This document shows, one piece after another, positions 38,016-47,432 of a stretch of DNA of 64,000 nt. The position numbers and the translations under genes were made by a program. The notes under the pieces are model-generated. The model was not told where the DNA came from and ran no database searches. It was given only the letters and a program-made list of their open reading frames with translations. The stretch's first letter is position 1, and every line of letters begins with the position of its first letter. Source of the DNA: Patescibacteria group bacterium (lineage in GTDB: Bacteria > Patescibacteriota > Minisyncoccia > Phycocordibacterales > UBA1550); NCBI GenBank assembly GCA_038063615.1, contig JBBTUT010000002.1, forward strand, positions 48,746 to 112,745, written 5' to 3'.

Positions 38016-38789
38016 TTACATTTTTTTTACAAACAGGTAATCTTTTTCATCTATTTCATCAACAAAGGAATACCCTCGAGGTTCCAGAAAATCGGTAATC
38101 TTTTCCAATCTGTCAGAATTTTGAGACTCCAAAAGAATATGGGTGGGTAAATTTCTAGAAAAATCGAGTCCATGCAATATTTGAAGTTCATATCCCTCAA
38201 CATCCGCAACAAAAAGATCAATAGGCCTATTGCATGAAGTTATTGCTTGCCCGTCTATTATCGACTGAATTGTTTGCGCTGGTACAGTGATTTCTCTGCA
38301 ATCTATATTTTGTGCTTGCTCACTATCTTTAATCCACTCTGAACTATTCTCAATACTACTTTTTACGAAAGACATAAAATTACAATCAATAAAAGACACC
38401 GTGCTCTCACGGTAGTCAAATGAGACACAAGCACTTTGTATTACCACCGAATTTTTACGATTTCTTTGACACAATTTACTTATAGGTAAGGGTTCAACAA
38501 TAATCCCTTCCCACCCCATAAACTTTTCGAGATAATAGGTAGGATCAAAACCATAACCATCATTACCCCCGCATTGTACAAAAAACCCATTTTTCTTGGT
38601 AATATGTTTCAGTAGTGCCTCATGACCAGAGTACGGCTTTGAATATTTTTCTGAACCAAAAAACTCATACAAATCCCTCTTGTATGGCGCAATTTTACTT
38701 CTTATAAATGGGAAGATTTTACCGATATTCTTTCGCGGGTTTTGTATCAGTTTCTTTATTTTTTGAAGATTTGTCTCTTGATATGCCAT
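38016..38789 (-). CDS. FkbM-family methyltransferase
   Basis: FFVQCGGNDGYGFDPTYY and DLFVADVEGYELQIL. Confidence 0.55.
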   Translation of the reverse strand: MAYQETNLQKIKKLIQNPRKNIGKIFPFIRSKIAPYKRDLYEFFGSEKYSKPYSGHEALLKHITKKNGFFVQCGGNDGYGFDPTYYLEKFMGWEGIIVEPLPISKLCQRNRKNSVVIQSACVSFDYRESTVSFIDCNFMSFVKSSIENSSEWIKDSEQAQNIDCREITVPAQTIQSIIDGQAITSCNRPIDLFVADVEGYELQILHGLDFSRNLPTHILLESQNSDRLEKITDFLEPRGYSFVDEIDEKDYLFVKKM

Positions 38790-38829
38790 AGGTTTTTATA
38801 TTTTTTATTACAATACTTAAAATTAATCT

Positions 38830-39795
38830 TTACGCAAGGATGCGTTTTAATAGTTTTGTAATTCTTAGTGCCACCAGTATCTTTACAAAATAATGCAATA
38901 CTCTGTCTCTTTTCCTTTTACCTATTTTACTATAAAATTCTTTTAATAACCTTACTGCTTCTGTATTTTCAACAATATTATCTTCAAAAATTATTTCTTC
39001 TTCATCGCTCAATTCAACCTCAAATTGGTGCTTCCCAAGAATTTTATTAATTGCAGAAAAGTGAGTGCCATTAAATAACCCGTTATTCTTTATTAAAGGT
39101 TTCGGTGAATTTACCGCAAGTCCATTGTTGCGTGTAATCGCAACATACCAACATATATCCCAAGGGATTGGATTTAATTTCAAGCTAGATAAACAATTAA
39201 ATGCGCCATCTAATTCCATTTTTCCCCTCTGTTCAATCGATAAAGCGTCTAATCCCTCTGCTTCATTTTGAAACCACTTGAATTTATCCCAGCGATTTTT
39301 CCAAGTACCCCACCCACCTCCAGTATTTTCTGAGTATCTCCAGAAAAATACTTTGTTGTACCCAGCTGGCATTTTAATAAATGTGAAGGTTGCAATATGC
39401 ATGACCTTCTCTTTGTCTTCATAAAAATCGAGAGCATTATTCATAAATGTGAGAAAGTTTTTTGCAGACACACCATCGTCCTCTAAAACGATAATTTTGC
39501 CATATCTGTTTACTATTTCAGTCACACCTTCAATTATATTTCTTTCGATATAGAAATTTTCTTTCCGTTCAATTATATTTACAGACTTAAAACCGGTTAT
39601 TGTTTTTATATACTGACGCACAGCATCAACAGCTTTCTTATTTTTTGCAGTTTTCGGCGCATCAGAAAAAATAAAGATATCTGTTTTTTGGGCTAGATAA
39701 TTATTTTTTAGCGCTTCTATTGTCTGCCTTGTATTATCCAAGCGATTGTACACAAAAATGGCGACAGGAGCTTGCGTTTTATTTAGATTATCCAT
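38830..39795 (-). CDS. GT-A-fold putative glycosyltransferase, paralog B (same family as 31924..32874)
   Basis: VAIFVYNRLDNTRQ...IFSDAP...GGGWGTWKNRW. Confidence 0.4.
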   Translation of the reverse strand: MDNLNKTQAPVAIFVYNRLDNTRQTIEALKNNYLAQKTDIFIFSDAPKTAKNKKAVDAVRQYIKTITGFKSVNIIERKENFYIERNIIEGVTEIVNRYGKIIVLEDDGVSAKNFLTFMNNALDFYEDKEKVMHIATFTFIKMPAGYNKVFFWRYSENTGGGWGTWKNRWDKFKWFQNEAEGLDALSIEQRGKMELDGAFNCLSSLKLNPIPWDICWYVAITRNNGLAVNSPKPLIKNNGLFNGTHFSAINKILGKHQFEVELSDEEEIIFEDNIVENTEAVRLLKEFYSKIGKRKRDRVLHYFVKILVALRITKLLKRILA

Positions 39796-40582
39796 GTTTT
39801 TGTAACGCTCGAGGATGATTACCTGGCGTGCTAATAAGTATTGATTTTGCGCGAGTAATGCGTTTTTCTGGTGGCGGTGGGGTTATATAATCTTTGCCAT
39901 ACATCAAAGATAAATATTCATGTACTTTTTTAGGTGCAGGATATAATTTACTCTCAAACTCAATATAATTAAGCGGGTAAATATAAGATTTTGGTATTGC
40001 ATAATAATACCAATTATCCTCAACAGTTTGGGCTACCTTGTCACTTTTAAATGGAGAAAGTAACAGCCAAATAAATTTGCACAATAGGTAGATAGAATAA
40101 TTAAAAAAGACATTTTCTCTGGAAATAACAGCTTTAGCGCGTGATCGACCAGTAAAGTACAGTAATCCCTTTCTCAAAAAGTCAGGCATCTTAGGATAAA
40201 TTACTGATGGGAAAATATCGATGTAGATTCCCTGATGATACGACTCTTCACCTGTTTCATTTTCGTGTAAAAATGTAGAATAACAATCACAGAGTTTTGC
40301 GAAGTGCTGCTTATATGCTTTGTCTGTTTTGGCGGTCTGCAGGAAAATATCTTGCGGGAGTTCTTTCTCTGCTATTTTTAAGAATTTTTTATAATCCTCT
40401 ACTGGCATTGACACATCAATGTCATCATCCCAAGGAATAAATCCTTTTTGTCGTACCGCACCAAGCAGGGTCCCAAAATCTATCCAAAAGACCAACCCAT
40501 GTTTGTCACAAATTTCTTTCAACGCATCCAGAAGATATATCTCTTTTTTCCTATACTCAATGTAGTCTTTTTCGCTTATCAT
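39788..40582 (-). CDS. LicD-family phosphotransferase (cholinephosphotransferase / fukutin-like)
   Basis: YLLDALKEICDKHGLVFWIDFGTLLGAVRQKGFIPWDDDIDVSM, the LicD nucleotidyltransferase-fold motif. Confidence 0.75.
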   Translation of the reverse strand: MISEKDYIEYRKKEIYLLDALKEICDKHGLVFWIDFGTLLGAVRQKGFIPWDDDIDVSMPVEDYKKFLKIAEKELPQDIFLQTAKTDKAYKQHFAKLCDCYSTFLHENETGEESYHQGIYIDIFPSVIYPKMPDFLRKGLLYFTGRSRAKAVISRENVFFNYSIYLLCKFIWLLLSPFKSDKVAQTVEDNWYYYAIPKSYIYPLNYIEFESKLYPAPKKVHEYLSLMYGKDYITPPPPEKRITRAKSILISTPGNHPRALQKHG

Positions 40583-40592
40583 ATATTTTATG

Positions 40593-41219
40593 TTATTTTT
40601 TTACCGCAATCACCCTTATGAATGTATAGTCAGTATCCCCAAATGGGGCAAAACCAGACTTTTCCTCTTTAAATACGACTTCAAATCCTGCCTTTATTAG
40701 TTTTTTGTGCAATCTGTCTATATCTATGAATCTACGAAAATGGCCTTCATAAATGTAGGCGTCTGGCTCACCATGAACAGGATCTCCTAATTTGTATATT
40801 TCGTTCTTCTTCCCCCTTGTTTCGATTAGTAGTTTACCATTGTTTTCTATGTGTTCATATGTCCACTTAATAACATCATCTTCCTCTTTTTCTGTAATAG
40901 AATGTAGCGTAAAACGAGAATAAACATTGTCAAAAAAGCCTATTTCGCCTAATTTTGTAAAATCAGCACACATAAATTTTAAATTGGGGATGTTATTTTT
41001 TTCTGCTAACACAGATATTTCATTTTCACATTGATCTACTGCTAAAACGTCAACGCCATGATCACTAAAAAGAAAACTATCTCTGCCATTTCCGCAACCA
41101 AGTTCTAATAAAGAATTTTTTTCTTTTATATAATTTTCTAATACGAACTGCGCGAATAAAGACGCTTGTAAAGGCGCATTCTTTATTTTATAATAATTTT
41201 CCCAATATTTTTTGTCCAT
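40593..41219 (-). CDS. Class I SAM-dependent methyltransferase
   Basis: LLELGCGNGRDSFLF, VLAVDQCENEI and MCADF. Confidence 0.7.
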   Translation of the reverse strand: MDKKYWENYYKIKNAPLQASLFAQFVLENYIKEKNSLLELGCGNGRDSFLFSDHGVDVLAVDQCENEISVLAEKNNIPNLKFMCADFTKLGEIGFFDNVYSRFTLHSITEKEEDDVIKWTYEHIENNGKLLIETRGKKNEIYKLGDPVHGEPDAYIYEGHFRRFIDIDRLHKKLIKAGFEVVFKEEKSGFAPFGDTDYTFIRVIAVKK

Positions 41220-41264
41220 GTTTTATATTATTACCTAATTAACTGCGTAAATTCTTGTATATTT

Positions 41265-42566
41265 TTAATTTTTTTGGGTGAAAATTTTAATTATACCATC
41301 TCTTGATCTTTTAAAAAGGAGCAAGCTGGCTACAACCACAAGATATGATATCATAGTCCCCCATGCAGATCCTTTGGGGCCAAACTGCGGAATCAGAATA
41401 ACATTAAGCAGAATATTTGCTGTAGCGCCAATAATGCTTGTGTATAAAAATATTCTGCTAAGATTTTCGACGATGAGGTAATGTTGCGCAAGAACTACTA
41501 GCGTTATAGCGATACTTGTCCATAGGTATATTCGAAGAATCGGAGATGATTCAGCAAAGGCTCCTCCAAAAACAATTTGGATAATTAATGGCGCAAAAAT
41601 AAACAGCGGAAGAGCAATTACGGCTGTTGCCACCACGGTAACCCATGATAGAGCTCGAAATCTTTTTGCATACAATGAAAAATTTGTTTTTTTTGCATTT
41701 ACTATTGCTGGAAACATTGAACTAATAATTAACCCAGGCAAGAATGCCCAAATTTGAGTAAGCTTAACAGCGGCGCCGTAAATTCCGACAGTTGCAGAAT
41801 CGAGATAGTGTAAAAGTAACACCTGATCCATTTTTGCATATATATATCCAGAAAATCCAGCTAGAAGTAACGGCCATGAGTCTCGCATTAGTTGTTTAAA
41901 TATATCTAAACGAAAATTCCACAAAAAAGGACTGTTGTTAAAACGAACAATATAAATATAAAGATACCATGCGACAGATATGATTGCTTCAATAAAAATT
42001 ATTACAGCAAAGTATATAATACCTTTGTTTAGAAACACGACAAGAATCTTAAGCGCAGGTATGAAAAAAGCTAGGAAAATGGAAATTTGGGAGCTAAATT
42101 TTGCTTTTACTTGAGCGTTGAAAAGAATTCCGACTGTGCCTATTGGGCTAATGATGAAAGCTAACGCGCAAATACCAATTAATATAGTTAAGATTGAATC
42201 ATTGCCTAAGAGAAGTGAGATCACAATTGACAATAAGAACGCGAGTATCCCAAAAATTAATTTTGAAAATATAGCAGTTCCAAGTAGCTCATTTTCTTTT
42301 TCTGGATTAGTAATAAGATCACGATATAAGATTTGATCAATACCCAATGATGCAAATACTGAAATAATGGCTACAAAACTTTGGGCATAATCAAGTTTCC
42401 CAAGGTTCTCTGGCCCAAGGTAGCGTGCAACAATTGCAACAGTAAGAAATGATGTAAAGAAAGTAGTAATACGCGCAGCAAACATCCACCCCATGTTTCT
42501 GAAGTACTTCTGAAAGCCAGCATGTGCCCATGTTTCTTTTATGTATGAGGCGGTAATTGGGGGCAT
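41265..42566 (-). CDS. Wzx-type polysaccharide flippase (MOP/PST family)
   Basis: 433 aa with about 12-14 TM segments and the typical PST N-terminus. Confidence 0.7.
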   Translation of the reverse strand: MPPITASYIKETWAHAGFQKYFRNMGWMFAARITTFFTSFLTVAIVARYLGPENLGKLDYAQSFVAIISVFASLGIDQILYRDLITNPEKENELLGTAIFSKLIFGILAFLLSIVISLLLGNDSILTILIGICALAFIISPIGTVGILFNAQVKAKFSSQISIFLAFFIPALKILVVFLNKGIIYFAVIIFIEAIISVAWYLYIYIVRFNNSPFLWNFRLDIFKQLMRDSWPLLLAGFSGYIYAKMDQVLLLHYLDSATVGIYGAAVKLTQIWAFLPGLIISSMFPAIVNAKKTNFSLYAKRFRALSWVTVVATAVIALPLFIFAPLIIQIVFGGAFAESSPILRIYLWTSIAITLVVLAQHYLIVENLSRIFLYTSIIGATANILLNVILIPQFGPKGSAWGTMISYLVVVASLLLFKRSRDGIIKIFTQKN

Positions 42567-42650
42567 AATATTGGGACTTTATTGGAGGATAATACCATTT
42601 TCCCTACTTATTTTCTATAGGGGATGGTATATTAAACAGGAAAGAATATC

Positions 42651-43421
42651 ATGAAATTTAGCATAATTACCCCAACATACAAGAGGAGAAAATTGCTTGA
42701 GCGAGCTGTTCAGTCGGTTCTTCGCCAGACCTATACCGAATGGGAAATGATCATTGTGAACGATTCTCCGGATGATTCTTCATACCAAGTGCTTCCTTTC
42801 TCCGTCTCTGACCCGCGAATTCATTACCTTGCGAATGATACAAATCGTGGTGTAAACTATTCTCGTAATCGGGCTCTCGACAGTATTTCCGAAGATTCAG
42901 ACTGGGTTGTTTTTTTGGATGATGACGACTACCTAGCGCCTGACACACTTACGACTTTTCACAAACTAGTCACTTCTCACCCAAAGGGAATGTGGTTCGT
43001 CACCAATCGCGCATACGCAGGAGGAAAGCTAGTCACAAAATACCCAAAGCTGGAAACATGGTATTCATATATCAAAGATGTTCTCATCTTAAAACGATGC
43101 AAAGGCGATGTAACACATTGTATAAAAGCAAACCTACTTACCAACATTAGATATTCAAAACACATCAAGCAAGCCGAGGAATGGTTATTCTACTACCAAA
43201 TTGCGCTTCGAGAAAAAATATTCTACCACGACCACAATAGTACTTTGACTGATGGGTATGATAAAGTTTCTGGGCTCAACTTCCGTAAACGCACTCGCGC
43301 CGAGCAATTCAAAACGCTCCGTGTCTTTATCCGCGAAGGGTCTGAACTTCACCTTCTCCATCACCCAACATTTCTCATTTATCTTTTCATGCGGTTCGTG
43401 CGACTGTGCCTCAAACCGTAG
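42651..43421 (+). CDS. Family-2 glycosyltransferase
   Basis: FSIITPTYKRRKLLERAVQSVLRQTY...IIVNDSPDD...VFLDDDD. Confidence 0.8.
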   Translation: MKFSIITPTYKRRKLLERAVQSVLRQTYTEWEMIIVNDSPDDSSYQVLPFSVSDPRIHYLANDTNRGVNYSRNRALDSISEDSDWVVFLDDDDYLAPDTLTTFHKLVTSHPKGMWFVTNRAYAGGKLVTKYPKLETWYSYIKDVLILKRCKGDVTHCIKANLLTNIRYSKHIKQAEEWLFYYQIALREKIFYHDHNSTLTDGYDKVSGLNFRKRTRAEQFKTLRVFIREGSELHLLHHPTFLIYLFMRFVRLCLKP

Positions 43422-43426
43422 GAGAA

Positions 43427-43502
43427 AGCGCCTTCACCATATAAGTCCCCTCAAGCACATATCCCCACTTGCGGTAGTATTCGCGGACGCCGATGCCGGA
43501 GA
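43427..43502. repeat. Displaced duplicate of the elp3 3' coding end, about 76 bp and about 88% identical to 44767..44842
   Basis: Minus-strand translation keeps the Elp3 C-terminal frame ISGIGVREYYRKWGYVLEGTYMVKAL, versus ...WGYRLEGTYMVKAL* in the intact gene. Confidence 0.7.
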
Positions 43503-43546
43503 TAGCTTTGAATACCTGATTTTAGTCTAATTCCCCCAAATAGGTA

Positions 43547-43595
43547 TATTACGGGGAGTTTGACTCCCCGTAATTGACATATTACGGGGAGTTTG
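43547..43595. promoter_or_regulatory. Direct repeat tattacggggagtttga (twice) with an internal inverted repeat (attacggggag / ctccccgtaat), upstream of the AAA+ ATPase gene
   Basis: Read from the sequence. Contains TTGACA at 43575-43580. Confidence 0.3.
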
Positions 43596-43611
43596 ATACC
43601 CTTAAAGGTAT

Positions 43612-44745
43612 ATGAGGATTCCAAGACTATATGCTGACATAGGAAGCCGTCTCCAACCAAACAAGGTCTTGGTTATCTTTGGTCCGCGTCGTGTCGGCAA
43701 AACGACCCTTATCACCGACTTTCTCTCAACATACAAAGGAAAATATCGCTTAGAATCCGGTGACGATATTCGTGCGCGTGAAGTCCTTGGATCAGAAGAT
43801 CTTTCCTTGTTGAAAGAGTATGCGGCAGGATACGACCTCATCGTAATTGATGAAGCACAGCGCATACCTAAGATTGGCTGGGGACTGAAACTGCTTGTTG
43901 ATCATATCCCGGGAATTCGCATCATTGCTACCGGCTCATCATCGTTTGAGCTTGCCGGGCAGATTGGCGAGCCACTCACCGGGCGCAAAAACACAATAAC
44001 ACTCTTCCCTATTTCTCAGCTCGAGTTGCTCGCCTATCACGGTGGGAACCGCCACGACCTCTCCGTAGAAATTACTGAGCGGCTTGTATTTGGCAGCTAT
44101 CCAGAAGTTGTCTCTACTAAAAACACAGGCGAAAAAAAAGATATTCTTGGAGAAATTGTCGGATCATACTTGCTCAAAGATATCTTGGAGCTTGACCGTA
44201 TTCGCAATACAAAAATATTAAGCGACCTCGTACGGCTTGTCGCGCTTCAAGTGGGAAATGAAGTATCTTTGAGCGAGCTCGCGACAATACTTGGAATAGA
44301 CAGGAAGACGGTCGCTCGATATCTCGACCTTCTCGAGAAATCATTCATCCTTTACAATCTACGCGGATATAGCCGTAACCTTCGCAAAGAGGTGACCAAG
44401 AAAAGCAAATACTATTTCTACGACACGGGTGTACGAAATGCGGTCATTTCAAACTTCAACGATCTTTCTCACCGCGATGACGCTGGAGCGCTGTGGGAAA
44501 ACTTTATGGTAATCGAGCGACTTAAAACGCGTTCATACAAAAACATACCTGCAAATGATCACTTTTGGCGCACATGGGATCAAAACGAAATTGACTTCGT
44601 TGAAGAGCGCGACGGAAAACTTTTTGGTTATGAATTTAAGTGGAAAAATCTAAAAGCGAAAGAACCGAAGGGTTGGCGCGAAACATATCCTGAGGCAAGC
44701 TACGAGGTAATCACTCCCGAGAATTATCTAAAAATACTCGAATAG
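43612..44745 (+). CDS. AAA+ ATPase with C-terminal DUF4143 (AAA_14 / DUF4143 family)
   Basis: VLVIFGPRRVGKTTL Walker A, LIVIDEAQRIP Walker B, and a C-terminal DUF4143-like region (FFYDTGVRNAV...). Confidence 0.75.
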   Translation: MRIPRLYADIGSRLQPNKVLVIFGPRRVGKTTLITDFLSTYKGKYRLESGDDIRAREVLGSEDLSLLKEYAAGYDLIVIDEAQRIPKIGWGLKLLVDHIPGIRIIATGSSSFELAGQIGEPLTGRKNTITLFPISQLELLAYHGGNRHDLSVEITERLVFGSYPEVVSTKNTGEKKDILGEIVGSYLLKDILELDRIRNTKILSDLVRLVALQVGNEVSLSELATILGIDRKTVARYLDLLEKSFILYNLRGYSRNLRKEVTKKSKYYFYDTGVRNAVISNFNDLSHRDDAGALWENFMVIERLKTRSYKNIPANDHFWRTWDQNEIDFVEERDGKLFGYEFKWKNLKAKEPKGWRETYPEASYEVITPENYLKILE

Positions 44746-44762
44746 TTAGAGAAAAGAGTGCG

Positions 44763-46448
44763 CTACAGTGCCTTCACCATATATGTCCCCTCGAGCCGGT
44801 ATCCCCATTTGCGGTAATATTCGCGGACGCCGATGCCGGAGATGATGGCGAGTTTGGCGTAGCCGGCTTCGCGCGCGATGCGTTCTGCTTCGACGAGGAG
44901 GCGGCGGCCGAAGCCGATGTGCTGGCTTTGCGTGCCTGCGGTGCCGATTGGGGTGAGCTGCCCGTAGGTGTGGAGCTCGCGCACGAGTGCGGCGTCGCGG
45001 AGGACCTCGAGTGGTCCGCCGACGAATTCTTCGCCGTGATTGTCGGGGAGGCGCAGGCGAAGAAAAGCGGCGAGTTTGCCCTCGTTCGGCTCTTCAAAAC
45101 TAAGAAAGATCTCGCGCCCTGTTTTAGTGCGATACTCGGTCGTCGTGAGCGGAAACTTTTCCAAGTCAATGACGGCGCCACGCACTTCGCGACAGCGGAT
45201 GCATACGCAGTGCCAGTTGTGCTTTTTCATATCATTAAAAAGCCATTGGCGGAGATTTGAAATTTTGCTTCCCGCTTGAATGTAGGTCGCGGGGATGTCG
45301 CGGATGACCCGAATGATGCGCACATATTTCGGCACCTGTTTTTTTGCGCCGACGAGCACGCGAAAAAGCTCCTCGTCCGTGTACGGCTTGAACCCGCCTT
45401 CCTTCCATATTTGAAAAAGCTCACTCCCCTCGAGCACCATACACGGATACACCTTGAGCATATCGGGTTGAAAATCCTCGCCGGAAAAAAGCTCGCCAAA
45501 CATTTCGATGTCGCGCTCCACGGTCGAGCCGGGAAGATTGGGCATCATATGGTATACGACTTTGAGTCCCGCATTGCGGAGGCGCTCAGTTGCCTGTGCC
45601 ACCTGCGCAATCTTCATATCGCGTTTTGTTTGTTTGAGGACAGCATCATCAAGATGCTGAACACCAATCTCGACTTTGGTCACACCGAGCAGACGCAGTC
45701 GTTCAATTTCGTAAGTCGTAATGTAATCGGGACGCGTCTCTATTGAAAGTCCGATGATGCGCGTTCCCGCCGTTTCGTTTTCATTTTGTAATTCCGCAAG
45801 AGACTTTACACCCTTTGGTGTCTGCATGTCTTTCTGTTTTCCAAAATTGTTGCATGCGCGATAGCATTCAGCGAGAAATTCTTCCTGATATTTCGGATGA
45901 TAAAAACTCCAAGTCCCGCCGATGACGATCATCTCTATCTTGTCGGTCGCGTGTCCGTTCATCACGAGCGCAGAGAGACGGCTCGTCACTTGGTCGTACG
46001 GATCGAAGTCGTTGGCAAGGGCGCGCGCGGCGGCCGGCTCTTTTGAAAGATAGCTCTTCGGCATTTTCTCTTCGGTCGGACAATAGGTACACCGCCCCGG
46101 ACAGGGATACGGTTTGGTAAGGAGCGACACGACCGCAACGCCGGAATTGCTTCGTGTCTTTATTTTTTTCAAAACAAGCTCCGCGTCAAGATTTGGCATC
46201 TCATCCCCTGTTGCGATGACCTCTTTGTACAAGGCAAGCATTTCCGCATTGGTAGGCATTTTTGGACCCAATCCATCCTCAGAAACCGCCGTATTCGGCT
46301 CATTTTGCCCCATAGAAGCGGGTTTGTTCTGTCGAGAGGGGATGTTTTGGCGAAGCTCCAAAATACGCGCATAGAGCACCGGATTGGTGGCGATGCGCCG
46401 TTTGAGCTTGTCCAAGTCCTTTTCGGTTTTTATGTCGGTGAAAAGCAT
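44763..46448 (-). CDS. elp3: Elp3-type radical-SAM / GNAT tRNA uridine(34) acetyltransferase. Start set at MLFTDIKTEK.
   Basis: CPGRCTYCP radical SAM cluster motif, a C-terminal GNAT domain (GFGRRLLVEAERIAREAGYAKLAIISGIGVREYYRKWGY), and typical Elp3 length. Confidence 0.85.
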   Translation of the reverse strand: MLFTDIKTEKDLDKLKRRIATNPVLYARILELRQNIPSRQNKPASMGQNEPNTAVSEDGLGPKMPTNAEMLALYKEVIATGDEMPNLDAELVLKKIKTRSNSGVAVVSLLTKPYPCPGRCTYCPTEEKMPKSYLSKEPAAARALANDFDPYDQVTSRLSALVMNGHATDKIEMIVIGGTWSFYHPKYQEEFLAECYRACNNFGKQKDMQTPKGVKSLAELQNENETAGTRIIGLSIETRPDYITTYEIERLRLLGVTKVEIGVQHLDDAVLKQTKRDMKIAQVAQATERLRNAGLKVVYHMMPNLPGSTVERDIEMFGELFSGEDFQPDMLKVYPCMVLEGSELFQIWKEGGFKPYTDEELFRVLVGAKKQVPKYVRIIRVIRDIPATYIQAGSKISNLRQWLFNDMKKHNWHCVCIRCREVRGAVIDLEKFPLTTTEYRTKTGREIFLSFEEPNEGKLAAFLRLRLPDNHGEEFVGGPLEVLRDAALVRELHTYGQLTPIGTAGTQSQHIGFGRRLLVEAERIAREAGYAKLAIISGIGVREYYRKWGYRLEGTYMVKAL

Positions 46449-46456
46449 GATAAATG

Positions 46457-46550
46457 GTAGAATGTTGAATATCGAATATGGAATGTCGAATTGGATGCAA
46501 TTCAATACGGGCTTGATTCAATATTCAATATTCTACATTCGATATTCTAC
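46457..46550. repeat. Low-complexity imperfect inverted repeat of GAATAT/CGAAT-rich arms in the divergent elp3 / methyltransferase promoter region
   Basis: ggtagaatgttgaatatcgaatatggaatgtcgaattg ... caatattcaatattctacattcgatattctacc. Confidence 0.5.
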
Positions 46551-46562
46551 CCCATACTACCA

Positions 46563-47297
46563 ATGCGCAAAGAATATGCAAATGAAGTACTCTCGGCGTC
46601 AAAAGCGGGATACGAAATAATAGCGGAGGATTTTTCGCGGACGCGAGGAAAATTTTGGAAAGAGCTTCTTTTTGTGCGGGACATGATTCCAAAAGGGGCG
46701 CGACTTCTCGATGTTGGCTGCGGGAACGGAAGATTCCTTGGTTCTCCACTCGACGAGTCGATTGACTACACAGGAATTGATTTCTCGGAAGGATTGATCA
46801 GTGTCGCACGGGAACGCTACGATTCACGAGCACACACCACATTCGTCGCTGGCGATGCTCTTACCCTCCCCTTCCCCGACCACTCATTTGATATCGTGGT
46901 TTCTTTTGCCGTGCTTCACCATATCCCCTCGCGCGCATACCGCGTGGAATTTTTGCGTGAGGTGGCGCGCGCAGTGAAACCCGGCGGACTCATTATTATC
47001 ACCGCATGGAATGTGTGGCGCGCGAAACCGCGGATAATTTTAAAATACGCATTCAAAAAGATCTGCGGGCTTGCCAGCCTAGATTTTGTACTTAAAAATT
47101 TTTGCGGGCTTTCGCGTCTCGATTTCGGCGATGCATTCCTCGGTTTTGGAAAAGAAAAAAACGCGCGCTTCGTGCACGCGCTTTCGAAACGCGAACTCTT
47201 CTCCCTCGCGCGCGAAGCAGGGCTTACGGTAGAAAAATTCGACATCATCCGCCGCCCCTTCGGAGAAGAAAACTTTTTTATGATCATGCGCAGCTAA
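46563..47297 (+). CDS. Trm9-like (Methyltransf_11) SAM-dependent methyltransferase, divergent from elp3. Start set at MRKEYANEV.
   Basis: LLDVGCGNGRFL ... GIDFSEGLISVAR ... FVAGDALTLPFPDHSFDIVVSFAVLHHIPSRAYRVEFLREVARAVKPGGLIIITAWNVW parallels the Trm9/ALKBH8 methyltransferase motifs (AV.HH.ST...R...L.E..RVLKPGG...WA.EQ). Confidence 0.5.
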   Translation: MRKEYANEVLSASKAGYEIIAEDFSRTRGKFWKELLFVRDMIPKGARLLDVGCGNGRFLGSPLDESIDYTGIDFSEGLISVARERYDSRAHTTFVAGDALTLPFPDHSFDIVVSFAVLHHIPSRAYRVEFLREVARAVKPGGLIIITAWNVWRAKPRIILKYAFKKICGLASLDFVLKNFCGLSRLDFGDAFLGFGKEKNARFVHALSKRELFSLAREAGLTVEKFDIIRRPFGEENFFMIMRS

Positions 47298-47343
47298 CCC
47301 CGTAACCCCTATCTCCACAACTATCTCCCCAATCTTATCTTTT

Positions 47344-47389
47344 TCTCTTCAGCCTGTTTGATACTATAGTATCAAACAGGCTGAAGAGA
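47344..47389. repeat. Perfect 46 nt palindrome, family P2, 44 nt downstream of the PaaX-like gene 2 stop
   Basis: tctcttcagcctgtttgatacta|tagtatcaaacaggctgaagaga. Confidence 0.8.
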
Positions 47390-47432
47390 AATTCAACGAG
47401 ACCTCCTCGAAACGAGTGCTCCTGCGGATAAT

